This document shows, piece after piece, positions 1-9,780 of a DNA stretch of 64,000 nucleotides. The notes beneath the pieces were generated by a model that saw only the letters and a list, made by a program, of their open reading frames with translations, did not search any database and was not told the origin of the DNA. A program made the translations under genes and the position numbers. This stretch comes from an uncultured bacterium (GTDB lineage Bacteria > Zixibacteria > MSB-5A5 > UBA10806): positions 61,103 to 125,102 of the forward strand of contig CBEUCH010000010.1 of assembly GCA_965541585.1 (NCBI GenBank), given 5' to 3'. Every line of letters starts with the position of its first letter. Positions within the stretch are counted from its first letter, which is position 1.

Positions 1-2
1 AT

Positions 3-497
3 TCCTATCTTGTAACACTGAAGGATCCGTTTGCGGCCGAGGCCAGTTATCAAACGCGCCAGTCTCTCGTCAGCCTCGGCTCGGGGGGCCTGGTCGGCAA
101 GGGTCTGGCTAACGGCGGTCAAAAGCATCTATTTCTTCCGGCACGGCATACCGATTTTATCCTCTCTGCCGCCGCCGAGGAAGGCGGATTCCTGATTGTT
201 GTTGTAATTCTAAGCCTATTCGGACTTATCGCCTGGTCAGGGGGTAGGATCGCCGCCTCCGCGGTAGATATCGAGGGATCGTTGCTAGCGTGGGGTATGG
301 TGCTTTTCCTGATTCTACAGGGTACTTTAAATATAGGTGTAGCCCTGGGACTTTTCCCGATTACGGGAATAACGCTGCCCTTTCTAAGTTATGGTGGATC
401 ATCCCTGGTCGTCTGTTCTGCGGCAATTGGCATAACGGCGTCGGTATGGCGCCAGGGGAAATCGCCGCGGAGATATTTTAAGCGGTTCAAAACATGA
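3..497 (+). CDS. ftsW: FtsW peptidoglycan polymerase (SEDS family), 5' end outside the window
   Basis: Open frame from base 3 reads YQTRQSLVSLGSGGLVGKG...FLPARHTDFI...PITGITLPFLSYGGSS; directly upstream of murG. Confidence 0.93.
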   Translation, partial: SYLVTLKDPFAAEASYQTRQSLVSLGSGGLVGKGLANGGQKHLFLPARHTDFILSAAAEEGGFLIVVVILSLFGLIAWSGGRIAASAVDIEGSLLAWGMVLFLILQGTLNIGVALGLFPITGITLPFLSYGGSSLVVCSAAIGITASVWRQGKSPRRYFKRFKT

Positions 498-1598
498 ATG
501 GACAGATCCGGTCAAAAGAGAATAATGTTTGCGGGAGGAGGCACCGCCGGACATCTGGTACCGGGCATAAATATCGCCCTGGCAATGAGGAGCATTGATG
601 ATGCGGCAACTCCTCTTTTTTTAGGAAAGCGAAACGGAATCGAGCGGCAGATGGTGGAAAGATTCGGATTTGATATACGGGAAATCGACGTGGTCGGCAT
701 GCGAAGGACACCGGTTGGCTTTCTGAGATACGTGTTAAATTGGAGAAAGGGTTACAGGCAGACGATCAGGATAATGGAGGAATTCGAGCCGATGGCCGTT
801 GTCGGTACGGGAGGCTACGTCTCCGCTCCGGCGATCAGGGCGGCACATAAATTAAAGATCCCCATCTACATTCAGGAACAAAACAGCCTGCCGGGACTGA
901 CGACGAGGATGGGCAGCCGGTACTCCAATATTGTTTTTACATCCTATGAAGCGGCATCTAAATACCTTGATGCTGATAAGTGTCAACTTGCGGGCAACCC
1001 GATTCGGCAGGATCTTCTTAGTGGAAACAGGGAATCGGCATATATGCAATTCGATCTTGATCCTAAAAAAAATACGCTGCTTGTCCTGGGAGGCAGTTCC
1101 GGTGCCGAAAGCATAAACGAAATTGTCGGTGCCATGGTATTGGAGAGATTTTTCCCGGAGAATTGGCAGCTACTATGGCAAACCGGGCGCAAGAATTATC
1201 CCGATATATCCCGTTCTATACCAACTGACAGTTTAAGCGGAGCAGTCGTTCCGTTTATCGAGGACATGCCGGCCGCCTACGCAATTACCGATCTGGCGTT
1301 GTCGAGGGCCGGGGCAATGGCGTTATCCGAAATATCTGCAATCGGGCTTCCGGCTATATTGATACCATATCCTTATGCCACCGGTGATCATCAGACCCTG
1401 AACGCAAAAAAGTTTGAGGATGCCGGGGCTGCGATAATCGTACCGGAAAACCAGATGAATAAAAGATTGCGTAATACTCTGAAATATCTTATTGCAGATG
1501 ATGATTTGAGGAAAAGAATGTCCGATGCCGCACGAAAGATGGGCAGGCCGGATGCGGCGGAAGTTATCGCCCGGACAATCCTCGATGAGATAAAATGA
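498..1598 (+). CDS. murG: Lipid II GlcNAc transferase MurG
   Basis: GGGTAGH, GTGGYVS, EQN, GGSSGA and SRAGA motifs; dcw context. Confidence 0.97.
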   Translation: MDRSGQKRIMFAGGGTAGHLVPGINIALAMRSIDDAATPLFLGKRNGIERQMVERFGFDIREIDVVGMRRTPVGFLRYVLNWRKGYRQTIRIMEEFEPMAVVGTGGYVSAPAIRAAHKLKIPIYIQEQNSLPGLTTRMGSRYSNIVFTSYEAASKYLDADKCQLAGNPIRQDLLSGNRESAYMQFDLDPKKNTLLVLGGSSGAESINEIVGAMVLERFFPENWQLLWQTGRKNYPDISRSIPTDSLSGAVVPFIEDMPAAYAITDLALSRAGAMALSEISAIGLPAILIPYPYATGDHQTLNAKKFEDAGAAIIVPENQMNKRLRNTLKYLIADDDLRKRMSDAARKMGRPDAAEVIARTILDEIK

Positions 1599-2968
1599 AA
1601 TTTAAAAGAATAAAAAAGCTTCACTTCGTAGGAATCGGTGGTGTGGGTATGTGCGGGATCGCCGAGATCCTCCATAACACAGGTTATCAACTGACGGGTT
1701 CTGATCTGAAGAAAACGGAGACGACAACTCATCTCCAGGCGATCGGTATCGAGGTCAAGTATTCGCATGAGCCGGCGAATGTCATTGGCTCAGACGTGGT
1801 TGTTATATCATCTGCGGTAGGGGATGATAACCCGGAGGTGATGGAGGCCAGGAAACTAAAGATTCCGGTCATCAGACGGGCGGAGATGCTGGCCGAGCTG
1901 ATGAGGATGAAGATTTCTGTTGCGGTCGCCGGCACTCACGGAAAAACCACCACGACATCGTTGACCGGACATCTGCTCAAAGCCGGCGGCCTCGATCCCA
2001 CGGTGATTGTCGGAGGCAGGGTTTTGGGTGTTGGCTCCAATGCTTATCTTGGAAAGGGTGATTATCTTATAGCCGAGGCGGACGAGTTCGACCGATCGAT
2101 CTCCAAATTCTTCCCCACGGTGGCCGTTATAACAAGCCTCGAACCGGAGCATATGGAGTGTTACGCAGATCTGGAGGATCTGGAGAACACTTTCGTTGAA
2201 TTCGCCAACAGGGTGCCGTTTTTCGGAAGCGTTATAATCTGCATGGATGATCCCGGAGTACGGCGTATCGAGCCCAGGATCACGCGGCCTATGATAACAT
2301 ACGGTATTGATTCGGATGCGGAATTCAGCGCTTCGGATATCGCCTTCAGCGACGAAGGAACGACGTTCACGCTATATCATAACGGTTCCCGGGTCGCGCC
2401 GGTTCGTTCGCCGCTGCAGGGTTATCACAATTTGAGAAATCTACTGGCCGCCATCGCCGTGGCTTACGACCTGGAGGTTCCCCTGGAAACAGCCATCCCG
2501 GCATCCCGAACTTTCACGGGTGTCAGCCGACGGCTGGAACTTGCAGGCGAAGCCGGCGGCGTGAAGCTTTATGATGACTATGCTCACCACCCCACGGAAA
2601 TCAAGGTGACACTCGAAGGTATGAGAAGAGTATTCGATGGTCGGCTGGTGGCGGTTTTTCAACCGCATCTATATAGCCGGACCAAGCGGTTCTATAAGGA
2701 ATTCAGCGGATCGTTTTCCGATGCCGATATTGTGGTTATACTGGACGTCTATCCTGCTCGCGAAAAGTCCATAAACGGTGTCTCAGGGAAAATGATAGCT
2801 GATGCCGCGAAAGAATCCGGCCATACGGGCGTGGATTATATCGAAGATAAAAAAGATCTCCCGAATTTCTTAAAGCCGAAACTCCAGAGCGGCGATCGAG
2901 TGATCCTGTTCGGCGCCGGTGATATTTATAAATACACGAATAAAATTCTGGAATTGCTGAAGGAATAA
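1595..2968 (+). CDS. murC: UDP-N-acetylmuramate--L-alanine ligase
   Basis: HFVGIGGVGM, AGTHGKTTT, EADEFD, DDYAHHPTE, FQPHLYSRT. Confidence 0.97.
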   Translation: MKFKRIKKLHFVGIGGVGMCGIAEILHNTGYQLTGSDLKKTETTTHLQAIGIEVKYSHEPANVIGSDVVVISSAVGDDNPEVMEARKLKIPVIRRAEMLAELMRMKISVAVAGTHGKTTTTSLTGHLLKAGGLDPTVIVGGRVLGVGSNAYLGKGDYLIAEADEFDRSISKFFPTVAVITSLEPEHMECYADLEDLENTFVEFANRVPFFGSVIICMDDPGVRRIEPRITRPMITYGIDSDAEFSASDIAFSDEGTTFTLYHNGSRVAPVRSPLQGYHNLRNLLAAIAVAYDLEVPLETAIPASRTFTGVSRRLELAGEAGGVKLYDDYAHHPTEIKVTLEGMRRVFDGRLVAVFQPHLYSRTKRFYKEFSGSFSDADIVVILDVYPAREKSINGVSGKMIADAAKESGHTGVDYIEDKKDLPNFLKPKLQSGDRVILFGAGDIYKYTNKILELLKE

Positions 2969-3693
2969 TGTTGAAATTTTTGGTGAAGCTGATAGTATTA
3001 ATAATGGCGATGGCGGTGGGCCGATTCGCCTATGAAAAGGCTATTGCTCTACCGCTTTTTGCACTGGATAAGATCGAACTGGAGGGCAACTGGGAGATTG
3101 ATCCGGATTCGGTCCGGGCTGTGAGCGGCCTTGAAGAGGGAAAATCGATTTATGATCAAAACCTCAAATACGCAGCATCGAGATTTTCGCAGCAACCAGG
3201 GGTAATAGAGTGCCGTGTGGAAAGAGGCTATTTTTCAACGATCTATGTGGAGATCAGCGTGGCTGAACCGGCGTTGTTAATAAATGGCGATGAACTTTAT
3301 GGTCTCTCGCGAGAGGGAATCGTCCTGCCTTTTGATACGCAGCTACCCGTTCTTCCGCTGGTTACCGGTCGTAGATTTTCCAGTGCAGGCTGTTTCGACC
3401 GCCTGAAAGACCCGGATATCGCTTACGCCATAGAACTGTATGACGCGTTGATGGCGGTTTCCCCGGAACTGTGCGGTAGACTTTCCGAGATTAATTTTAC
3501 ATCAGAAGATATTATGTATCTATTTTTCTCACCCGGGGGTACGAAGGTCGTTGTTGACAAACGTGATTTTCAGGATGCCGTTAAGAGGGTTGCGGCATTG
3601 AATGAAAACGGTACTCTGAAAGGAGATAAAATCTACGATTTTCGGTTCGGTCCTGTTGCAGTGGAATCATCGTCCCATAAGGGGATTTTGTAA
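2968..3693 (+). CDS. ftsQ: Cell division protein FtsQ/DivIB
   Basis: N-terminal TM segment and POTRA-like region, C-terminal YDFRF; lies between murC and ftsA. Confidence 0.85.
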   Translation: MLKFLVKLIVLIMAMAVGRFAYEKAIALPLFALDKIELEGNWEIDPDSVRAVSGLEEGKSIYDQNLKYAASRFSQQPGVIECRVERGYFSTIYVEISVAEPALLINGDELYGLSREGIVLPFDTQLPVLPLVTGRRFSSAGCFDRLKDPDIAYAIELYDALMAVSPELCGRLSEINFTSEDIMYLFFSPGGTKVVVDKRDFQDAVKRVAALNENGTLKGDKIYDFRFGPVAVESSSHKGIL

Positions 3694-3694
3694 A

Positions 3695-4924
3695 GTGGCC
3701 AAGAACGGGATAATAACGGGGCTGGATATCGGCACGACGAAAATCGGCGTGGTGGTGGCGGAGCCGACCGAGAACGATTCGTTCAGGATACTGGGCGTCG
3801 GTAACGCCCCCAGCGAAGGTTTGAAAAAAGGCGTGGTTGTCAATATCGAATCCGCTGTAGAATCTGTGAGGAAGGCGCTTGACGATGCCGAACTTATCAC
3901 AGGTATGAAGATCGATTCAGCATGTGTGAGCATAGCCGGAGATCATATTAAGAGCATAAACAGCCGGGGAGTTGTGGCCATTGGAAAAAACAGTACGGAG
4001 ATCGTGCCTAGCGACGTCGAAAGGGCTATAGAGGCTGCAAAGACGGTGGCTATTCCATCGGACAGGGAAATCATTCATGTCCTGCCTCAAGAATATAATG
4101 TTGATGATCAAGGCGGCATCAAAGACCCCGTCGGATTTTCGGGTGTTCGTCTGGAGGTGGATATTCATATCGTCACCGGATCGGTTTCGGCGGCCCAGAA
4201 CATCTTGAAATGTGTCGAGAGGTCGGGGATCCTGGTCGATGAGCTTGTTCTCGAACCTCTGGCGTCAAGCTATGCTGTTCTCACAAAGGACGAAATGGAG
4301 CTCGGCTGCGTCGTTATAGATATGGGAGGCGGCACGACCGATCTCGCCGTATTCCATGAAGGAGCGGTTAAACATACCGCGGTGGTCGGTATAGGAGGTA
4401 AGAACGTTACCAGCGATCTGGCCATCGGATTGAGGACACCGCTCGATCAGGCTGAGCGATTAAAATGCAACTATGGCTCGGCTCTGGCGTCGCTGGTGGA
4501 TGCAACCGAGATGGTTGTCGTCCCCGGGGTAGCAGGCCGTGAGTCGAAGGAAGTGTCGCGGTCGGTGCTGGCATCTATCATTGAGCCGCGGACGGAGGAG
4601 ATCTTCTCTCTGGTCGCACGTGAATTGAAGAGAGGGCACTTCACGGAGATGTTGGCTGCGGGAGTGGTATTGACCGGCGGAGCTGCCCAGCTCGAGGGGG
4701 CGCTGGAGCTGGCAGAGCAAATTTTCGATCTGCCCGCCAAGCTGGGCACACCCCTTCAGTTCGAGAACAATGCCGAGATCACCCCGGGGCCCGCCTTCTC
4801 TACCGGGGTCGGTTTGATACATTACGCCACGTCCTGCCCTGATGGCGCCAGCCGCCGTTCCAGGCCACGCCGGACGATCAGGGCTGTTGACAAAATTAAG
4901 AGATGGTTAAATGAATATTTTTAG
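3695..4924 (+). CDS. ftsA: Cell division protein FtsA (probable GTG start at 3695)
   Basis: GLDIGTTK, DMGGGTTD and VLTGGAA actin-fold motifs; C-terminal amphipathic KRWLNEYF. Confidence 0.97.
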   Translation: MAKNGIITGLDIGTTKIGVVVAEPTENDSFRILGVGNAPSEGLKKGVVVNIESAVESVRKALDDAELITGMKIDSACVSIAGDHIKSINSRGVVAIGKNSTEIVPSDVERAIEAAKTVAIPSDREIIHVLPQEYNVDDQGGIKDPVGFSGVRLEVDIHIVTGSVSAAQNILKCVERSGILVDELVLEPLASSYAVLTKDEMELGCVVIDMGGGTTDLAVFHEGAVKHTAVVGIGGKNVTSDLAIGLRTPLDQAERLKCNYGSALASLVDATEMVVVPGVAGRESKEVSRSVLASIIEPRTEEIFSLVARELKRGHFTEMLAAGVVLTGGAAQLEGALELAEQIFDLPAKLGTPLQFENNAEITPGPAFSTGVGLIHYATSCPDGASRRSRPRRTIRAVDKIKRWLNEYF

Positions 4925-4967
4925 ATAACACCTATGTCTCCTTGGAGGGGAAGCAGGAAGGAGAATT

Positions 4968-6116
4968 ATGGTCTTTGAGTATGATTTCAGCGAAAGCAAT
5001 GGATCCAAGATAAAGGTCGTCGGGGTCGGCGGCGCGGGCGGTAACGCCATCAACCGGATGATACGATCCGGTTTCAACGGGGTTGAGTTTATCGCCATCA
5101 ACACCGATGTACAAGCGCTGGAGACATCGAGAGCCGATCTCAAGATCCAGATCGGGAGGAAGCTAACCAGGGGATTGGGCGCCGGAGCGGATCCGGAGAT
5201 AGGAAGGAAAGCATTCGAGGAAGACCCTGAATCGACCAGGAATGTGCTGGAAAGCGCAAACATTGTCTTTATCACATGCGGCATGGGGGGCGGTACCGGC
5301 ACCGGCGCTGCGCCACTGGTAGCAAGAGAGGCGAGGGACCAGGGGGCGCTGACCATCGGAATGGTTACGAAACCGTTTGCATTCGAGGGGCAACTGAGAA
5401 ACTCGCGTGCCAATTCAGGAATTCATCAAATGAGGGGTTTCGTAGATACCCTTATTGTCATCCCCAACGATAAGTTACTTGGCCTGGTCGATAGAAGTAC
5501 ACCTCTCAACGATGCTTTCATGACTGCTGACGAAGTATTGCTCTCGGCAACCAGGGGAATCTCGGATTTGATTCTTATACCCGGTCTGGTCAATCTTGAT
5601 TTTGCCGATATCAGGACGATCATGCTCGATGCCGGGGAAGCGCTTATGGGCACCGGTGTGGCCTCGGGCGATAACCGAGGCGAAATCGCCGCCAGGATAG
5701 CGTTGCAATCTCCACTCTTAGAGGAGATATCGATCGAGGGCGCCAGGGGCGTTCTGGTAAACGTCACCGGTGGTTCGGGTATGACCTTATTCGATGTCAG
5801 CATGGCTACGGAAACCGTCTGTGAAGCGGCGGGAAGTGGGGCAAATATCATATTCGGCGCCGTCATCGATGATTCCCTGGATGACAGGCTGTTTGTAACC
5901 GTTATCGCCACCGGATTCGGCAAAAGTAAGAAAACAGACGAGCCGGGCGAGGAGATCGATCTTTTCGGATTCAAGACGCAGGGCGGCAAACGAATCAGGA
6001 CACGCAGGGTCCGTCCGAAACGGGAGATTCTGGACAGGGTAACATCGCCAAATTACGTGGAGGAGGATCTCCGGGTACCGACTTTTATACGAAACGTATC
6101 GGAGAGCGATAATTAG
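4968..6116 (+). CDS. ftsZ: Cell division GTPase FtsZ
   Basis: [16 protein letters not shown] signature, NLDFAD, C-terminal VPTFIR peptide. Confidence 0.98.
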   Translation: MVFEYDFSESNGSKIKVVGVGGAGGNAINRMIRSGFNGVEFIAINTDVQALETSRADLKIQIGRKLTRGLGAGADPEIGRKAFEEDPESTRNVLESANIVFITCGMGGGTGTGAAPLVAREARDQGALTIGMVTKPFAFEGQLRNSRANSGIHQMRGFVDTLIVIPNDKLLGLVDRSTPLNDAFMTADEVLLSATRGISDLILIPGLVNLDFADIRTIMLDAGEALMGTGVASGDNRGEIAARIALQSPLLEEISIEGARGVLVNVTGGSGMTLFDVSMATETVCEAAGSGANIIFGAVIDDSLDDRLFVTVIATGFGKSKKTDEPGEEIDLFGFKTQGGKRIRTRRVRPKREILDRVTSPNYVEEDLRVPTFIRNVSESDN

Positions 6117-6294
6117 GCTTATATAATACTCAGAGTGGAAATAGAGTCGTTTCCTGTGCTGTCGACTCTCCGCCCATAGGGGCGTCCGTAGGGACGTAGT
6201 CGACAGATCCTCAGCAAACGACGGTGTCGACCGCAGAGGGTCGACACCACAATAATCGGAGAGCGATAATTAGGCTTATATAATATTCAGAGTG
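6098..6294. repeat. 40-bp direct repeat (6098-6137 and 6255-6294) flanking a palindromic REP-like insert
   Basis: ATCGGAGAGCGATAATTAGGCTTATATAATA(C/T)TCAGAGTG occurs twice with 1 mismatch; internal hairpin GGTGTCGACC-GCAGAG-GGTCGACACC at 6223-6248. Confidence 0.9.
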
Positions 6295-6323
6295 AAGATG
6301 GCTTTATTGGGGGCCGCAAGCTG

Positions 6324-7334
6324 TTATCCGTTCCGCCTTATTTTCTTAACGCGGTTTGTGGCGTTTATATGATCACGAAGAGTATATGAAAAAATATGTG
6401 CGCCGTCACCCTTAGCCACAAAATATAGATATTTCTCAGCCGTCGGGTTTACCGCCGCCTCCAGCGATTTTACGCCGGGATTGGATATCGGTCCGGGGGG
6501 CAGGCCGAAGTTTCTGTATGTATTGTACGGTGATTTATAAGTGAGATCCTTTCTCCTGAGCGGACGATCCAATCCTCCCATGGCGTAGATCACTGTGGGG
6601 TCGCATTCGAGACGCATCCTCTTTCTAAGACGGTTTAAAAATACCGAGGCGATAGTCGGGCGCTCTGAATCTATCATGGCTTCTTCCTCTATCAAGGATG
6701 CCAGCGTAACGGCCTCGTGAAACGTCAGGCCAAGCCTGTTGGCTTTTGCTTCGAAGAAATCCGGCAGATTGTTGAAGAAGTTATCCACCATTTTCGAAAC
6801 CACCCTGGCGGCATCCTCCTCGTAAAAGAAATTATATGTGCTCGGAGAGAGATAACCCTCGAGGTCTTCGGCCTCGATTCCCAGCGAATCCAGAAGATCG
6901 GGATCGGTGACTATCTTTTTGAACCTTTCAACGTCCATTCCGATAATATTTTCCAATAGCCTGGCTGTTTCCGCCAGGGTATATCCCTCGCGGATAGTGA
7001 TATTGAAGGGAGCGGCCTCTCCGCGGGTGATATCTCTCATGATGCGGGCTATTGAATATGACGGTTTGACGGCGTAGCGTCCCGCTTTCATTTTTGTGCC
7101 GTGTCCAAAGAGCTTGCCGAGGAATATGAAATTCGATTTCGATGATATGGCGCCCTGCTCTTCGAGATGCTTCGCGATATCGCTCAACGTCTCGCCTCTT
7201 TTAACAATGATATACCTGGTTTCATCCTTGAATTCGCTCCTGGGATGAGGGATGTGATAGGCGTATATATAGAATGACCCCGCTGCGAAAAGGCAGATTA
7301 TTGCGGCAATGAGAAACGCTCGATACGATGACAT
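6324..7334 (-). CDS. mltG: Endolytic transglycosylase MltG
   Basis: N-terminal TM; LEGYL, ASLIEEE, NRL...LECDPTVIY, SPYNTY, GLPPGPISNPG. Confidence 0.96.
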   Translation of the reverse strand: MSSYRAFLIAAIICLFAAGSFYIYAYHIPHPRSEFKDETRYIIVKRGETLSDIAKHLEEQGAISSKSNFIFLGKLFGHGTKMKAGRYAVKPSYSIARIMRDITRGEAAPFNITIREGYTLAETARLLENIIGMDVERFKKIVTDPDLLDSLGIEAEDLEGYLSPSTYNFFYEEDAARVVSKMVDNFFNNLPDFFEAKANRLGLTFHEAVTLASLIEEEAMIDSERPTIASVFLNRLRKRMRLECDPTVIYAMGGLDRPLRRKDLTYKSPYNTYRNFGLPPGPISNPGVKSLEAAVNPTAEKYLYFVAKGDGAHIFSYTLRDHINATNRVKKIRRNG

Positions 7335-7341
7335 AACAATT

Positions 7342-7776
7342 CTACCTTTTGCTCGCCCTGCCGTCCAGATAGCTTTGCAATATTACAATTGCCGAGAGCA
7401 TGTCTATCCTTCCCTTATCAGATCCTGTTTTTCCACCGGCCTCGTGCAAGTGCCTTATCGCCTGATGAGTCGTCAAGCGTTCGTCAACCAACTCAACCTC
7501 GATATTCAGCTTCTCTTTAATACTTTCGGCCAGGCGCCTTGATTTTTTAGCCGCTTCCCCTTCGGAACCGTTCATGTTCCTGGGAAGCCCCATTATGATC
7601 AGCGAGATATCCTCCTCGCCGGTAATCGATCCGAGCTTTTCAATGAATTTTTCCCTGCTGCCATATTCAATCACACCGAACCCGGTGGCTATTCCCAGGC
7701 CGCTATCGGCTATGGCAAGTCCGACCCGTCTGTCGCCGGGATCGATCCCCAGTATCCTGATAGGGTTGTCAGTCAT
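7342..7776 (-). CDS. ruvX: YqgF/RuvX family nuclease (probable ATG start at 7776)
   Basis: ILGIDPGDRRVGLA, GLPRNMNG, VDERLTT, D..SAIVILQSYL. Confidence 0.93.
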   Translation of the reverse strand: MTDNPIRILGIDPGDRRVGLAIADSGLGIATGFGVIEYGSREKFIEKLGSITGEEDISLIIMGLPRNMNGSEGEAAKKSRRLAESIKEKLNIEVELVDERLTTHQAIRHLHEAGGKTGSDKGRIDMLSAIVILQSYLDGRASKR

Positions 7777-8329
7777 CTGTTTTCGGGAGATCACCGCTTG
7801 ACAGGAATACTCTGTAATCTGCTATGGCTCTCCGGTGGGCGCTGAAGGCGATATTGGCAGGCAGATCATCCATCCCGAAGAATTCAACCTCAACAGCATC
7901 ATCACCCGGTTTTAGCTTCCCGCCTGTAATATTTGCCAGGTAGAGAATCAGAACCACCATCGACCGTGGATCGTCACCGCCTTTATAATTCCAGAAGAGA
8001 CGGGTGATCTCGATATCGAGCCCGGTCTCCTCCCTAATCTCCCGAATGCAGCATTCGACCGGCGATTCATCGTACTCCATGAAGCCTGCAGGCAGGGACC
8101 AGTCCCCCACTTTTGGAGCATATTTCCTTTTTACGAGCAGCAGCCTGCCGCTATCCGATATTATCGCTCCCGCCGCCGGAATTGGATTTTTATACCAGAT
8201 GAAGTCGCAATCGGGGCATTTGCGACGCGTTCGCCCATCGAGCTTCTTTTCGACCAAAATCGCTCCGCACCAGGGGCAAAATTTGAAGTCGCGTGCCTCT
8301 ACAAGTTTATGTTCCGCAGGGAGACTCAA
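7769..8329 (-). CDS. NUDIX hydrolase with N-terminal zinc ribbon
   Basis: FCPWCG...CPDC; Nudix box PAGFMEYDESPVECCIREIREETGL. Confidence 0.92.
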   Translation of the reverse strand: MSLPAEHKLVEARDFKFCPWCGAILVEKKLDGRTRRKCPDCDFIWYKNPIPAAGAIISDSGRLLLVKRKYAPKVGDWSLPAGFMEYDESPVECCIREIREETGLDIEITRLFWNYKGGDDPRSMVVLILYLANITGGKLKPGDDAVEVEFFGMDDLPANIAFSAHRRAIADYRVFLSSGDLPKTDD

Positions 8330-9780
8330 TCTGTTTTCGGCTCTTCCAATTTGAGATATGTTACATCACCGAAATCCGACAGAGAACCGACGATTGCAGA
8401 TGTATCGGCCAGAACCATTATGCTCATCGACTCCGGCTTTAAGTATTTTTCCGCAACCTTCTTAATATCGTCGAGAGTGACGGACCGAACGTTATTGAGA
8501 TATTCCTGATAATAATCACGGGGGTAATCATCGAACTCCAGCGACATCAATCGGTTGACCACCTCTCCCGGTGAATCAAACTGAAAAACGAAGTTGTTGA
8601 TGTAAGAATCACGAGCCGTCTCGAACTCGGCCTCCGATGGCAACTCCTTCCGGATCCTATCGAATTCCTCCGTAAAAATTTCCAGCACCCGGTGTGCGGA
8701 CGGTGTCTTTGTCTGCGAATACGCATAGAACAGGCCGAAATCACGGCTGCCGGTGGAGAACCTGGATCTTACGGAATAGGCAAGCCCCTCATCCGACCGA
8801 ACCCTGGTGGTCAGCCGCGATGTAAAGCTGCCGGCGCCGAGGATGAAATTCATCAAAGAGACCGCGTATTTATCCGGGTTATCCCGTTTGATACCCAGAT
8901 GTCCGACCCTGATATTCGCCTGGGTGATGTCTTTGTCGATAACGAAGACTCCCGGTTTGAAGGAGTAATCGACATCCGGAATCGGGGGGAAATCGGTTTC
9001 GCTCATCTGCCACTCACCGAATATATTTTTTATTTTTTTGACAAGCTTTTTGGTTTTAAAATCGCCGGCGATAGCAATCATGATATTATCAGGATGGAAA
9101 TATCTCTCGTGATAGGCGTCCAGATTCTCTTTGTCAATGTCTTTGACGTCATCCCACTCCAGAATGCGTCCATAAGGATGATCGCCATAGATCAGGTGAG
9201 AGAACTCACGAGAGATAATCGACCCGGGACGGTCGTTGCGTCTTCTGATCGATTCTTTAATTTGCGATTTCTCAAGATCTATCTTATCAGTGTCAAAGGC
9301 CGGATAACGGAGGACCTCGTAGAGAATCCTCAGGCCCGTGTCGAGATCTTTCGCCATAATCGACATGGAGACAGAACCGGATTCGGTCCCGATACCACTC
9401 TCTACGGAACCGGCGATAAACTCTAATAGCGCGTTCAAAGAATCGGGGCTGAAAGATCTGGTGCCGCCGGTCCGCATGACGGTGCCGGTGATGCCCGCTA
9501 TGGCCATATCTTTTTTCGAATCGTAGATTGACCCGGCTCTGACGAGAGCATGGGCCGAAATCAACGGGAGTTCATGATCTTCCATCAGGTATAATATCAT
9601 GCCGTTATCAAGGACTGTTCTGGTAACCTCCTTACCGACCTCAGGCACATCCCATTTTAGTTCGGGGTATTTTAGGTCGGCGATGACTTTTGAACCGGGG
9701 GAGGTTTTCTCCTGCGCATATACATGGCCGATGGCAAATACCATGGAGATAATTATTGTTGTAACAATTAATCTTTTCAT
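8326..9780 (-). CDS. M16 (pitrilysin-family) peptidase, non-catalytic subunit, exported
   Basis: Signal peptide; LDNG..., SRL...VR...GLAYSV; no HxxEH motif. Confidence 0.88.
   Translation of the reverse strand: MKRLIVTTIIISMVFAIGHVYAQEKTSPGSKVIADLKYPELKWDVPEVGKEVTRTVLDNGMILYLMEDHELPLISAHALVRAGSIYDSKKDMAIAGITGTVMRTGGTRSFSPDSLNALLEFIAGSVESGIGTESGSVSMSIMAKDLDTGLRILYEVLRYPAFDTDKIDLEKSQIKESIRRRNDRPGSIISREFSHLIYGDHPYGRILEWDDVKDIDKENLDAYHERYFHPDNIMIAIAGDFKTKKLVKKIKNIFGEWQMSETDFPPIPDVDYSFKPGVFVIDKDITQANIRVGHLGIKRDNPDKYAVSLMNFILGAGSFTSRLTTRVRSDEGLAYSVRSRFSTGSRDFGLFYAYSQTKTPSAHRVLEIFTEEFDRIRKELPSEAEFETARDSYINNFVFQFDSPGEVVNRLMSLEFDDYPRDYYQEYLNNVRSVTLDDIKKVAEKYLKPESMSIMVLADTSAIVGSLSDFGDVTYLKLEEPKTD

Noticed and set aside
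1595..3693. Absence of murB and ddl between murC and ftsQ
   Set aside because: Known variation in dcw cluster order; the genes are probably elsewhere in the genome
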